DNA of 64,000 nucleotides from Andalucia godoyi And28 (GCA_009859145.1 VRVR01000012.1:310001-374000), one strand, 5' to 3'. Shown: positions 32,752 through 43,953, counted from the first letter of the stretch. Notes: generated by a model from the letters alone, not told the origin. Numbers and translations are program-made.

Positions 32752-35700
32752 TTACGTGTCTGGGGATTGCGAGCCATAGATGCGGATTCCTGGAGGAATG
32801 TCCAGGAACGGCTGGTTTTGGAAGATCCGAGTGTCTTTTGGAAGCAAGAAGACAGACACGTGCATGGTCAGATTTTGGCCCATTTCTTTGAATCCGGTGA
32901 CGGGGGCTTCGTGGTTGACCAGTCTGGCTCCCAAATGCTGCTTATTGGGGCTTGTCTTGAAGCTGGCTTCCACATCAAAGATGTCGGCAATTCGCACAAG
33001 CGCAAAACCAGATTTGATTGGGCGAGTCTTGTGAAGCACATGGATCTGCAGATCGGGATACTCGCGGACCCACTTGGTGAGTGCGTCGCGTCTGCATCGC
33101 ACAAACGTCGTATCTTCCGATTCAAACACAACATCATCCGTCATTCGCAAGAACATGACATTTTCAAACGACCGGAACTCAACTCCAAACAGATTATATC
33201 GGACTGCCCACTGGTCATGCATGTTTGCGTTGGAAAGGGGGATCGACAATGACATCGGAGCGGAGCCTCCGGGCGGCTGCGACGCCGCTGAACCCCCTTT
33301 GGGAGTGAATCCAGATATACGATGTACTTGGATGCATATTGTCCAGAGCTGAGAGGTTGCCAGGTGTGGGAAAAGTTCCGTTTCTGGGACGGAAGAAATG
33401 GCGGAGCAAGCGTCTGAAAGACACCCATCATCATCAGCATCAGCATCAGCATCACCATAGTCGTCTGTGCGGACATCGGCAACCGGGATCGCAGAAACAG
33501 CATGTCCATTTTCTTCATCCGCAAGTGCCTGGCGGGTGGACGACCTTGTTGCTTGCTCATTCCGGATGTCCGCGGCGGCAGTCGCAGCACTGTCATTAAG
33601 ATGTTCATCCGAGTACGATCTGGTCACCTTTTTGGATTCAATTGAAGGAGACTGGGAGTGTGTTGGCTTTGGCTGGGAAGGGGAGTGACGGGAATGGGAT
33701 GGCGAGGCAGGGGAACCACTGCTGGAGAAACCGCGATTCTTCCCCGGGCTCCTAGGAGAATTACGGGTCGATGCGACAACAGACTGTGCGACTGAGACGG
33801 GCTTTCCAACCTGACGACGCGTGATCATCACCCACAGCCAATGCGGAATGTTGGAGTTTGCATTGGGGCTGTTTCCAGGATTAGTACCACCATTGCTGTT
33901 GCCGCCATTGCTCTGATGGAGGTTACGACTGTTACCCGGAGTCGCGAAAGACTCGGGCTTGATCTCTTCCGAGTCCTTTGAAACGATGAAAACGGAATTC
34001 GGGCATGTCAGCAGTGCATTCGGCTGAGGCCACATGGACGCCATCCACTCATCTGGCAGCGGGTCCGCGGTACGGAACGTCGCAGGGTTCTCGGGAATCC
34101 AGATATACGGAATTTGCGTGTTGATGTTCATTGCCAGCGGATTCGCGACATGCGCCGGGTGTCGCGCAAGATGAGATCGCAGAGTCAATGCCGAAGTATC
34201 CATCATTCCAAGCTTCTTGACCATTCCACAGGCAGCATGGAGCGTCATCATGGTGTTTGGAGTACCAACGGCATTCACAGGCTCGCTGAACTCGGAATCC
34301 GGATTCAACGTGAAGAACACAGAATGCTCAACACGATCAATCATTCCTGACACAAACTGCGAAAGTGGAAGTCCACAAGACGCAATAACCTTGCGCGAAA
34401 CGACCCGCCTGCGCTCTTCCACGTCCGCGCAGAGCTCGACGCGGATCTTGTCCTTGACTCGGAGGAACGACGCACACGCTTCCTCCGTCTCTGAAAACCA
34501 GTAGAATACGCGAGACTTCTGAATCGGAAGATGGAAACGGATGTTCTGGCCATGCATTGTCTTCAGGTTCAGTCGGTTCGCAAAGCCGTTTGGAAGCAAA
34601 ACGGGGAAAATGGTCTCCTGGTCCAAAAACGAAACCACGAGGTACAGATCCGTCACACTGTGAATCAGCTGTTCAGATGATTCAGTACCATTTTCCGTCG
34701 TCGTTGGTGCAGCATCAGTAGCAGAGGAGGAGGATGTTTTGGTTGACGCATCCTGCGTCGTCGCGGCACCCTGCCTCTTGCTCAACGCAAAGAAAATCCC
34801 ATCCACCGGAACATCAAGCACAGAGTACAGTACAAGGGCGAAACGATACAAAAACTGCATTTTTGCTCTTCGTCGATTCTCTACTTCAACGGCAAGGCTT
34901 GATCGTCTCTCACCCACAGAGACGACACGAAATGACTGGCGTGTTTTGGCGAATCCATACATGCCAGAGAAGTTGGACGACAGGGCTGGGGAGTTGGAGC
35001 GCGTGGTTGCCGACATCGGGCGCCCAAGCGGACTGTCTCTCCCATTCGCACTTGGCTTTGCAGATTGCGGCCGAGAACCGTTTTTGACCGGCGAGGTTGA
35101 ATAGCCGGGGGAGCCGAACGGAGCGGAGCCCGTGGCTTGTGTGTCGTCGGCCACCGCGGATTCCACACTTTGCATGGGGATTCCGACCGCCCGAGCAAAC
35201 TCTGCTTCCACCTGCGCGAGCTTGGACTCGGTGACGTACAGGTCAAAGCAGGATCGACAGACCTTGCATGGCTGGTACATGGTGGACGAGTCTAATGGAA
35301 TGTCCGAGCTTGGGGCGCCAGATGAGCCTGTCTGATTTTTCTTGAACCAATCGAGGTAGATGCCACGTTTGGCGAGATGCTGCTCCGTATCGTAAATCAT
35401 CTTCGGTGTCATGGAATAAATCAACTCATCGGGTTCATAGTAAGTGCAGCAGCTCTTGCACATTGCATATTTGCGGTCTCTCTGCAACTGCCCGTCTGAG
35501 CCACTGCCGCCCGAAGCAGAAGACCCCATGTATGACATTGCAGAGTTTGATGACACTTTCTTTGGTGTAAGACTCTGAGAGTTGGACGCCGAGGACGGTC
35601 TGACAAATAGCTCAAGTGCTTTGCACTGCAGCCATACCCACAAACCAGTTCCTTCTTCGCGGACAAAATCGCATACGATTGATGCAATCTTTTGCTTCGA

Positions 35701-36723
35701 CGATCGCTCGACAGCCTCAGCGCAAGCCACCGTCACATCCACAATGTCGGAAACCGCAGACCCTGGGGACCGATATATACTGACGGTCATATCTCCTTCT
35801 TCCGCCACAGTTGTGAATCTCTTTCTCAGATCGGGCTCCTTTTTAGCATCCGTGCAGGATATCGTCGAAGACACAAAATACGCAAAGTTTGTCTTGTACT
35901 TTTCCGAGCCGCGATGGATTGCGTGAACTCTGCAGATGGAAGCATACGATCCTTTGAACTTCACAAACTGCTGAATCACCATCTGGCCAGCAGATGACGA
36001 GAAGTTGTCCCCCAGCAATCGGACCTGTCTGAGAGTGACCATGCTGATTTCGTTTCCGTTGCCCTCCCCAAACGCAGCCTTTTTCTGTACCGCTACCAAC
36101 GTTTCTTCATCAGCCGTGGGAGAAAGGTGACTCGTGAGGATCTTCACAAACTTCTTTCCATTAATATTGTCTTGTCGGCACACCTTTCCATTATCGTCTG
36201 TGTAGAACCAGACGGGGTTATCTTCCAGTCCAAACACGAACGTATTCGGAATCCGTACCGCGACATTCCTCGGAAGCATTGTCGGCGGTGATACAAGGTT
36301 GGTTGTGCTGGTGTTGTCATTCGTGTTCTTATCTCGAGGACACAAACACGCATAAAACGAAGCACCGGGCTTGATCTTGCAAGATGAATAATCCGACATG
36401 TTTTGAAACGAGATTGTGTTCCTCATCAGATCATAGTCCCTCTTCTGAAGGTCCTTTCGCAGCGGATCGTCCGCAGTGCTCATCGATCTCGAAGCATTGC
36501 TTGCAGCGACTCTCGAGCTCATCCGCTTCAGAATGTTATCCGATGACTCTGTTGGATCCTTCGCCGCCACTGCAGACCCTTGTGGGACCGAATGCATCAT
36601 TCGCGTCTGCTGAGAAACAAACTTTTGATGCTCGGTCGCCGTCGACCCACTCATCTGCGATAGCCGATGCGCCTGTGGAGACGACGCTGCTGGCTTCGCA
36701 GACTGCGGCCTTCCAGGAATCAT
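32752..36723 (-). CDS. Large hypothetical protein, 1323 aa: ATP-grasp-like domain, CxxC pairs, two C2-like beta domains
   Basis: RIPNTFVF...PVWFYTDDNGKV, MVIQQFVKFKG, IVCDFVREEGTGLWVWLQCK; CKSC...CKVCRSC. Domain calls are pattern inference. Confidence 0.8.
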   Translation of the reverse strand: MIPGRPQSAKPAASSPQAHRLSQMSGSTATEHQKFVSQQTRMMHSVPQGSAVAAKDPTESSDNILKRMSSRVAASNASRSMSTADDPLRKDLQKRDYDLMRNTISFQNMSDYSSCKIKPGASFYACLCPRDKNTNDNTSTTNLVSPPTMLPRNVAVRIPNTFVFGLEDNPVWFYTDDNGKVCRQDNINGKKFVKILTSHLSPTADEETLVAVQKKAAFGEGNGNEISMVTLRQVRLLGDNFSSSAGQMVIQQFVKFKGSYASICRVHAIHRGSEKYKTNFAYFVSSTISCTDAKKEPDLRKRFTTVAEEGDMTVSIYRSPGSAVSDIVDVTVACAEAVERSSKQKIASIVCDFVREEGTGLWVWLQCKALELFVRPSSASNSQSLTPKKVSSNSAMSYMGSSASGGSGSDGQLQRDRKYAMCKSCCTYYEPDELIYSMTPKMIYDTEQHLAKRGIYLDWFKKNQTGSSGAPSSDIPLDSSTMYQPCKVCRSCFDLYVTESKLAQVEAEFARAVGIPMQSVESAVADDTQATGSAPFGSPGYSTSPVKNGSRPQSAKPSANGRDSPLGRPMSATTRSNSPALSSNFSGMYGFAKTRQSFRVVSVGERRSSLAVEVENRRRAKMQFLYRFALVLYSVLDVPVDGIFFALSKRQGAATTQDASTKTSSSSATDAAPTTTENGTESSEQLIHSVTDLYLVVSFLDQETIFPVLLPNGFANRLNLKTMHGQNIRFHLPIQKSRVFYWFSETEEACASFLRVKDKIRVELCADVEERRRVVSRKVIASCGLPLSQFVSGMIDRVEHSVFFTLNPDSEFSEPVNAVGTPNTMMTLHAACGMVKKLGMMDTSALTLRSHLARHPAHVANPLAMNINTQIPYIWIPENPATFRTADPLPDEWMASMWPQPNALLTCPNSVFIVSKDSEEIKPESFATPGNSRNLHQSNGGNSNGGTNPGNSPNANSNIPHWLWVMITRRQVGKPVSVAQSVVASTRNSPRSPGKNRGFSSSGSPASPSHSRHSPSQPKPTHSQSPSIESKKVTRSYSDEHLNDSAATAAADIRNEQATRSSTRQALADEENGHAVSAIPVADVRTDDYGDADADADDDGCLSDACSAISSVPETELFPHLATSQLWTICIQVHRISGFTPKGGSAASQPPGGSAPMSLSIPLSNANMHDQWAVRYNLFGVEFRSFENVMFLRMTDDVVFESEDTTFVRCRRDALTKWVREYPDLQIHVLHKTRPIKSGFALVRIADIFDVEASFKTSPNKQHLGARLVNHEAPVTGFKEMGQNLTMHVSVFLLPKDTRIFQNQPFLDIPPGIRIYGSQSPDT

Positions 36724-37163
36724 GATCCGCGACGATTCGTTTTCTTCTGCACAAGCCCAATATCAAATATCAGATGTCAAATTTCAAAAATCGAAAGTCA
36801 AAAATCAAAAGTCATAAAATCCAAATTATCAACGAAGCGTTTCTCTACACGGAGAACCCACGACAACAGCGGTTTGAGAGATGCCGTGTGACCTGTCCGG
36901 AGCAGGCATTTAATCCGTCCTTTGCTGCTTCCGGGACACAATTGCCCGACATGTGCGAGAAAAAAGGCTGCGGAAGAATCAAGTGATGCAAGCTGCCGAG
37001 CAGAGAATCAGAGTTTTATTTCCCCACCGACAGCACACAACGGCCACGCACACACACAAGGGAACAGTTTGTTGGCGTGCGGAATTCCTGAAGTGGGTAA
37101 ATCTGGAGGGGAGGTCAGGAGGATCACGAGATTGGAGAAGAAGAGGAGGAACAGAACGTGATA

Positions 37164-38291
37164 ATGATGGCTGCAAAGTACACGCTTCTTGATTACTATG
37201 AGCAAAAGTGCCAAGCGCTGGGGATTGCGCCACATCCATCGATTGTGGATGGGGTGTATGTGAAGGTGCAATCTTCATCTTCAACTTCTTCTTCGTCATC
37301 GTCGTCGTCCCTGTCGTCTGGCATGGTTTATTGCCGTCGATCGACGGATACTCCGACGGCAGAAGTGGATCCATCGCTTCTCAGGACCTTTATTCACATA
37401 CGAAATGTACCGGAATCCAGACCAATTCAAAAAATGGATCTCGACGCGCTGTTTGCATCGGTGTTGGACAATGCTTCTTCTGTTTCGCCTGTGATTTCTG
37501 CAGTTTCATTTGTCAAGTCGGGCCTCTCCGACGAGCTTTTGGCGACGGTTGCAGCGTTTTTGTTGTCCTTCACTACGAAGGCGCCGTCTGTCTGTGGCTG
37601 CCTTGCTCATGTAGGAATTGATGACAACTCGTTTGCGCTGGTCAGTTCGTTCTGTGCAGTACTGGAGAGCTGTTGCAAGACTGTGCCTAGTTTTTCACTT
37701 CGTATGAACGCGTTGGAAGAAAAGCACATTGCCGATATCTTCTCCTCGCTTAAGAAGTTTCCTGTAAATGCCGTACGAACACTTGATTTGTACGGAAACG
37801 ACTTGCAAGCGGCTGGGTGTGTAGCTGCTTTGCAGTCTGCAGAGCTGTACGCGTCGAAGCTGCAAGTACTGAACTTGGGACTGAACCGAGTGGTGATGAC
37901 TTCTGCTCTTTCCAAAGCCATCTCAAACTGCTTTGAGCCAAAGATGGTCCCTGCGGGCCAGTTTGCGGCGTTTCGGAAGAATAGACTTGTTGTACTGCTC
38001 AACTTGGATCCCTCCAACACGAAAGCAATCGATTCGTTGGTGCAGCGAATCGACGATTCTCGGGCGGGAAAGAAGCTGAAGAAGGGCGAGGAGCTCTCAG
38101 AAACGGAGCTGGCGGTCGCAGAGTACGAAACACAAGTGAAGCCATCTGCAGACGGCGCCAGTATGGTCATCCCTCCGTTCTTGAAGTTGCAAAAGTTGGA
38201 CTTTTCGTCGAACTTCTTACACTCAGACCAACTCCCCGACAGCCTGCGCTCAGCTCCAGTCCAAACTGCTGGATCACGAAGTGCTGCCTGA
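37164..38291 (+). CDS. Leucine-rich repeat protein (RI-like LRRs, LRRC71-like)
   Basis: FSLRMNALEE, TLDLYGNDLQ, VLNLGLNRV, KLDFSSNFL; ATG at 37164. Confidence 0.8.
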   Translation: MMAAKYTLLDYYEQKCQALGIAPHPSIVDGVYVKVQSSSSTSSSSSSSSLSSGMVYCRRSTDTPTAEVDPSLLRTFIHIRNVPESRPIQKMDLDALFASVLDNASSVSPVISAVSFVKSGLSDELLATVAAFLLSFTTKAPSVCGCLAHVGIDDNSFALVSSFCAVLESCCKTVPSFSLRMNALEEKHIADIFSSLKKFPVNAVRTLDLYGNDLQAAGCVAALQSAELYASKLQVLNLGLNRVVMTSALSKAISNCFEPKMVPAGQFAAFRKNRLVVLLNLDPSNTKAIDSLVQRIDDSRAGKKLKKGEELSETELAVAEYETQVKPSADGASMVIPPFLKLQKLDFSSNFLHSDQLPDSLRSAPVQTAGSRSAA

Positions 38292-38499
38292 GCATTCAAA
38301 GCCAGCAGCAGCAACAACAATAGCAACAGCTTGCATTTGCTGATGATGGAAAGCAAAAAAAACAACAAACAAACAAAACAACAGCAACAAAAAAAAAACC
38401 ACGAAGCAGGCAGGATGCTACGAGGAAGATGATAATACTTTGTAAAGGCCAATGCATTTGGAGAATGAATGTTTTTGCTATGTGCATTCGTATTTGTAT

Positions 38500-38979
38500 T
38501 TATGCTTGTTTGAATCGATCATGCAGAACACGCTGCAAAACAGCGAGTCGTGCATTGGCGAACTTTTCATCGACGTTACCGACTTCTGCAATGTACCGGT
38601 TCTGCTCAGCGATTCCTTGTTGTTTCATGACCGCAGACGATCGCGACAGTTCTTCCACGACCTTAATACGATTCTCAAGATCTGTTCTCGACAATTCCAT
38701 GCTCTTCTTGCGTTCCCACTCCAGCGAATACTCCCACGCAAGGGAGTCTCGAACGACCTTGCATCGAGTGAACCGCGAGAGTTCGTCTTGGCAGAATGCA
38801 TCTGTCTGGGTTTGTTTCTTACACGCAGCGACAGCTTGCAGCGCCTTCAGACACGACGGAACATTGGACTGCTCAAAAAAGTGGTCAGGAAGGTCCGAGG
38901 GAAGAGTGCGAGGAACTGGAGGATACAGTGCTTCGGACAGCGAATACAGTCTTTGACCAGTCTCACTCTGGAACGCCAT
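38500..38979 (-). CDS. Twin CX9C (CHCH) protein, 159 aa, with a C-terminal coiled coil; probable mitochondrial intermembrane-space protein
   Basis: C-LKALQAVAA-C and C-QDELSRFTR-C. Confidence 0.75.
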   Translation of the reverse strand: MAFQSETGQRLYSLSEALYPPVPRTLPSDLPDHFFEQSNVPSCLKALQAVAACKKQTQTDAFCQDELSRFTRCKVVRDSLAWEYSLEWERKKSMELSRTDLENRIKVVEELSRSSAVMKQQGIAEQNRYIAEVGNVDEKFANARLAVLQRVLHDRFKQA

Positions 38980-39670
38980 GCCTTACTGTCGTGATTCCAA
39001 ACATGCGCATCGAAAACAGCAGACCTTTCCCAACACCGAGACGAGCTCCTTTCAGCAAAAGAAAAACGTTAACTGCAAAAATCCTTTCGATGATCCGCTG
39101 GTGGCACTACGAAAGAACAAGAGGGAACGAAAACCAGAACTGCTAGTTTCGCACTTCGTAGGAAAACCCAATGGCCAACGGGGCGGAGTGCGGACTTCAT
39201 GAGATTCGTTGAGAAGATCCATCATCATGCACGCATGAGCAAGTCACATATCGTTTTTTCCCCATCACTGCTGTTCCTTTTACAGTTCACTCTTACTTTA
39301 CCCCTACTTTAGCCTGCTCATACAGAAATTTCAGACAAGACTATCCTGTCCGTCTTTTTTCACTCACACCAGTCCATCGTCATTCCGATGGATGCCCCGG
39401 GATGCCCCAAGCAACGCCTGGATCGAGACTGGGAAGTGGTGTGCGCAATATCTATTGGAAGAACGCTTCGACAAATTGGGGGAGGGCGGCCTGCTCCTCT
39501 TCTGAATTGAATTCACAATCGGTTCCCATGCAAGACTGCATATGGACGATCACCAATGATCAGCCCATGTTTCGTGTGCAATGCAGGCGTGACACCTTGA
39601 CCTGACGAACGAGCAAACGGACGAGATCGAGATCGAGAGAATAAAAGGTACAGTTTACGACGAGGATAGA

Positions 39671-42139
39671 TTAAACACTCAGCAACTGCGATACTTGCTG
39701 AGGAGAATGATACAGGACCTCGCGAGCTCTTGTTTCGTCCAAGGCAACGACCGACGCATAGAGTTCGCGATACATTTTTGCAACCGTGGAGGCAATGCCA
39801 GCGCGAGCTTCCGAGCGGTAGGTGGGTTTCTGAATCTTGTCACATCTAGGAATCGCCAACGCACCAAGGGAAAACAGAGATGAGTAGAAGGACCGAACTT
39901 TCCGAGAGAGCACATCCCAGTCAATGCCAAGATCGGCAGACGGTGGCGCAGCGCCATCTGCCTGTCCGTCAACAGACGTCGTAAGCACCGCCAGACCATT
40001 GAGGTTTCCAGAAGAAGAAGAAGACGACGACGACGACGACGATGCTGCTGCTGCAGTGTTGGAGAATGGATTGTCAAGACCGCACTGGTGAAAAATCAGT
40101 TCACTCTGTCGGTGAATGAGAAGCTGCATTTGTTCGTCGAGATGCAGCCGGATTTGGGCCGCCTTTTGCAACGTGAAAGAGTGTGTGTCCAGCTCATCGA
40201 AAAGAATCGCAAAACAATTGATCAGAAAAACCGGTGCGTCAATACGGTCCAGCTGTTCCTCGGCACACGAGAGTGCAACATGTATCAGAGGATCGACAAT
40301 CGCTGCAACCAACGGGGCGCTGGATCCAAGCACATCAGATCCGCTATCGCATTCTCCGGCTTGGTCAGTAATCGCGACCGCGGCTGCGGCTGTTGACGAC
40401 CGAGGAAGCGACGACCGAGAGGCAGGCGCGGATCCAACGAGCGTGGACTCTTGTGCCTTCAAAAATTCTGCAAGCTTGGCAACTGTGTCGGAAATCACGT
40501 GCGGAGGACTCAGGTCAGCTGGCACTGTCGGCGGAGTAACCATCATCCGCTCCGCATGCACACGAACGGTATCCAAGATGACTCTCTGAACAGCTTCGTG
40601 CGATTCTCTCAATGCATCCACCAAAGGACTCGACCCTTCGGGACTGTCCATCGCAGGCGTCTTCACCGCCGCAGCCGTCGCAGCCCCGCCGTGTGCTGCT
40701 GCTCCCACTCGAGAAAATCCAATGAGTTTCTGAATAGTGACAAAATAAAAAGCCAAAACATTGGAAAGTCGGAAAAGGACAGACAAGGACGGATGTGCAT
40801 CTGCAATTTGAACCAAACGAGTTCGCAGTTGGCGCGCGACGGCTGAAAAAGCGTCTCGAAGCACGACGTTCTGAGCGACGGCTTCCAACCGCTTGGCTTC
40901 ATTCTTCTGTTCCGCAGTCAGCCTCGCCGTCGCAGCAGCCGGCTTCTCATTGACATTTCCTGCTGCCGGGGCCGTCCCAAGTCTTGAAAACAACGCTGCA
41001 CACAGGTCTCGCAGCAAAACCACTTCCTGGTGCATCCAAGCGCACATGTCTCCCACATAGCGCACGGTGTCATGAACATGTCCTTCGATCGGCACACCTC
41101 TTCCGCGTCCGCCAGTGGACAGGGCTTCCAGAAATTCGGACAGCACCACTGTCTGCAGCCTCCCAGCGAGCTCCTCCACACACGAACGCAGCAACACCGG
41201 GAGATCATTTTCCTGCTTTGCCTTTGCAGCATCGTCTTTTCCAGACCCATCCTTTGCATACGTCGCATCCGAGGCCTCGGTCCTGGATAATGCCGCAAGG
41301 GCCGCGGGCAGCAGCGACGGCATGTCACTGACATCATCGGACACGTTTCTGCAGGTATCCTTTGTCCATCGGAACAACCTCTTCATTGCGGACTCATGAA
41401 TCTGTGCCAGTCTCTCCACTACATCCAGCGCAGCTCTGTGATGCGATGCGCGTTGCATGAGCCCAATCGCCTGCTCCCTTAGCACCTGCAAGCGTGCGAA
41501 CGCCTCGAAAAACGTCGCGTCAATCGCAGAACTCCTGAGCAATGCATGAGAGTCGGTCTCCGAAAGCATGTACGACGACAGAAACCTTTCGACAGTGCGC
41601 AGGCGCTGGTCCACTGTTGCCTTCCGAGCAGTCAAATCCGATGCCTTGGACACCACAACAGACGTCGTGGCAACCGTTTGGGCCAAGTGCGACTTGATCT
41701 TCTTGCAGGAGGAATCCAAAGCTTGGACTTCCCTCACGACGCTGCGATGATGCTCAACCAGTCCTTGCAAGGAAGACAGAAACTGGGCATGGGTAGCCAA
41801 GACAGTTTCATCAACCAGTGGCCTGAGCTGGTGCCGAAGCGTTGCCCAGTCTAACGACGACACAGCAGCGTTACTTTGACTCTTCGAAGACGTGATATGG
41901 TCCGACAAGAACAGCAATGCATCTCGAAGACCCTCGTCGGCAACATGCAACGCCGCAGTTTTTTCCACCTTCCTAGACAAGATCGCATTTACGCCGCTTG
42001 AAGATTGCGAATACGAAAACGAAGACGGGAAAGGCGATGTCAGCTCCGATGCAAAGGACACGTCCGACTGCGCTCCAGGAGTCGGCGACAATGGAGGCGA
42101 CACTTCGTTATGCACTGCCTGATCCACCACGCTCGCCAT
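39671..42139 (-). CDS. COG6: Conserved oligomeric Golgi complex subunit 6
   Basis: PIEGHVHDTVRYVGDMCAWMHQ, FFEAFARLQ, AMKRLFRWTK, FLINC; ATG at 42139. Confidence 0.92.
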   Translation of the reverse strand: MASVVDQAVHNEVSPPLSPTPGAQSDVSFASELTSPFPSSFSYSQSSSGVNAILSRKVEKTAALHVADEGLRDALLFLSDHITSSKSQSNAAVSSLDWATLRHQLRPLVDETVLATHAQFLSSLQGLVEHHRSVVREVQALDSSCKKIKSHLAQTVATTSVVVSKASDLTARKATVDQRLRTVERFLSSYMLSETDSHALLRSSAIDATFFEAFARLQVLREQAIGLMQRASHHRAALDVVERLAQIHESAMKRLFRWTKDTCRNVSDDVSDMPSLLPAALAALSRTEASDATYAKDGSGKDDAAKAKQENDLPVLLRSCVEELAGRLQTVVLSEFLEALSTGGRGRGVPIEGHVHDTVRYVGDMCAWMHQEVVLLRDLCAALFSRLGTAPAAGNVNEKPAAATARLTAEQKNEAKRLEAVAQNVVLRDAFSAVARQLRTRLVQIADAHPSLSVLFRLSNVLAFYFVTIQKLIGFSRVGAAAHGGAATAAAVKTPAMDSPEGSSPLVDALRESHEAVQRVILDTVRVHAERMMVTPPTVPADLSPPHVISDTVAKLAEFLKAQESTLVGSAPASRSSLPRSSTAAAAVAITDQAGECDSGSDVLGSSAPLVAAIVDPLIHVALSCAEEQLDRIDAPVFLINCFAILFDELDTHSFTLQKAAQIRLHLDEQMQLLIHRQSELIFHQCGLDNPFSNTAAAASSSSSSSSSSSGNLNGLAVLTTSVDGQADGAAPPSADLGIDWDVLSRKVRSFYSSLFSLGALAIPRCDKIQKPTYRSEARAGIASTVAKMYRELYASVVALDETRAREVLYHSPQQVSQLLSV

Positions 42140-42523
42140 TTTTTCCCCCCCACTCCAACTTGGAAAGCGCTGCTGCTTGTGTTTCTCACAATCTCGCAAG
42201 TGCGTGCGTGAAAAAAATAATAATAAAAATATAAAATATATATATATATATATATAAGAATCAAAATATGCTATTAGACAAAAAATCCTTATTGCGGAAA
42301 CGACAATGAAGTACGAACGGAAGGAAATGGCGACTTGTTTTTACAAAACACACTGCAGTGAAGAATCCACCTTGCTGAGCCATGCATGCATGCAGAGTGC
42401 GCATACAAACGTGAATACTACATCATCGAAGAATCAGATGAATGACATTTCAAAACCTAATAATAATAAAAATAATAATAATAACAAATAATAAAATAAT
42501 TACTACTAAAAAAAGCGAGGATC

Positions 42524-42555
<32 letters not shown>

Positions 42556-42594
42556 CAGCAACAACAACAGCAAAAAATCGAAAGGGTTATGGAA

Positions 42595-43953
42595 TCATGG
42601 CTGCGGCTCGTTGAAGAGTGCTTTGAGGTCGTACTCAATGTAGGCTCGGTCATAGGCAGGGAAGGAGCCACCGGTCTTTCCATCCGCACGTGCATTGGCA
42701 ACACGCATGACCAAGTTCTTCAAGTCGTAGAAAGCAATGTGCAAATCCCCCGTTGTTGTGAGTGCCGCGATGTCCTGCTTGGCGACGTCGAGATCGATCT
42801 TTCCGTAGTTTGCAACAATCCGATCATGCAGCTGCTGTTGGAAGGCTGGGCAGCCCCAGTCCATGCCTTCATACACAACATCCGCAATTCGTGGATGCCA
42901 CGACATGAGCGGCTGCAAGTCGGTGTCGTCGTAGAATGAAATGTTACTGTGGGAATACTGGACAACCGTCATGCGTTCCAACTTTCCGTCGCCAACTCCA
43001 AGGATAAGTCTGCAAGTTCGGTGCGCATTTGCCATGCGTGTCATTGCCGACGAAAGCGACTCGTCTTTCTGCAGAACATCTCGGAGCAAGAAAGGGAACG
43101 GAATCCCAACGCGAGACTCGTCTCCAAAAGGCGGAACTGTGGGGTCTGCAATGTCCGGGAACGAGACTCCAATCTCTGAGACACCAAGCTGGGTAGAAGA
43201 CACTCCGGTAAGCGACCCAACGAAGCCAGCCCAGCCAACATTGGCAAAAGCATGACCCCACGTGTTCTGCCCAGAAGCATCGTTCAATGGATGATACACA
43301 ACGACAACAGGGTAGTTCTGGAACGTGGCATCAGTGACCCAGTCCAAAGCCCTCATCTGGATCATCCCGTCCTTGGAAAGCGCGTTTCCCCACGCACCGA
43401 ACATGGAGCACCTTCCACGAGTAAGGTCTCCAAGCAAGTGGATGCGGCGTGTGATCATGGGATCGACTCCCGCGGCCTTGGACATTGCTGCCATCTCATC
43501 ATACACCTGCGGGTCTGCAAAGGGCTTCATAAGCATTTCCGAGGCATCGAGTGCTGCATCGAGCCCTACTTCTGCAATGAGGTCCGCAAGCCATGCAGGC
43601 ACATTCAGCTTTGACTTTTCGATCCCTTCGGCAACCTCCTTTTCGAGATACGCCCACGTTGTGTTCAGCAGTCCCCGGATCTCATCACGCATGATCGTTC
43701 CGTACGCCGCACCAAACTCCGCTCCACTCGATCCCCAAAGATGGACAAGATGCACTGTGTCGTCCGCAGATCCCACCACGTACACTTTTGCATTTGATGT
43801 CGTCCGCAGAAGCTGCGCAGTCGTCGTCGCCGAGTACACAGGCTGGGTATTCGGAACGTTCGGTTGAGGTTTTCCATGGCAATACGCCGCTTCCAGAACG
43901 GTCCCCGCACAAACAAGCGCAAGCGCCGCAATAAGAATACGAACGGTCCGCAT
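42595..43953 (-). CDS. Secreted/lysosomal Ntn-hydrolase, peptidase C45 / acid-ceramidase-like (Dictyostelium Dcd1-like)
   Basis: Signal peptide; YCHGKP; autocleavage site GRC|SMFGAWG; RALDW; GVSEIGV; DLHIAFYD. Confidence 0.88.
   Translation of the reverse strand: MRTVRILIAALALVCAGTVLEAAYCHGKPQPNVPNTQPVYSATTTAQLLRTTSNAKVYVVGSADDTVHLVHLWGSSGAEFGAAYGTIMRDEIRGLLNTTWAYLEKEVAEGIEKSKLNVPAWLADLIAEVGLDAALDASEMLMKPFADPQVYDEMAAMSKAAGVDPMITRRIHLLGDLTRGRCSMFGAWGNALSKDGMIQMRALDWVTDATFQNYPVVVVYHPLNDASGQNTWGHAFANVGWAGFVGSLTGVSSTQLGVSEIGVSFPDIADPTVPPFGDESRVGIPFPFLLRDVLQKDESLSSAMTRMANAHRTCRLILGVGDGKLERMTVVQYSHSNISFYDDTDLQPLMSWHPRIADVVYEGMDWGCPAFQQQLHDRIVANYGKIDLDVAKQDIAALTTTGDLHIAFYDLKNLVMRVANARADGKTGGSFPAYDRAYIEYDLKALFNEPQP

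Noticed and set aside
32550-32777. Possible 28-nt GT-AG intron extending the 1323-aa protein into a downstream ORF
   Set aside because: The donor GTAAAA and the size differ from other introns here; unsupported without RNA data
39335-39360. AAGACTAT resembling the U3 snoRNA 5' end
   Set aside because: No box A (GGATCATTTCT), B, C or D follow
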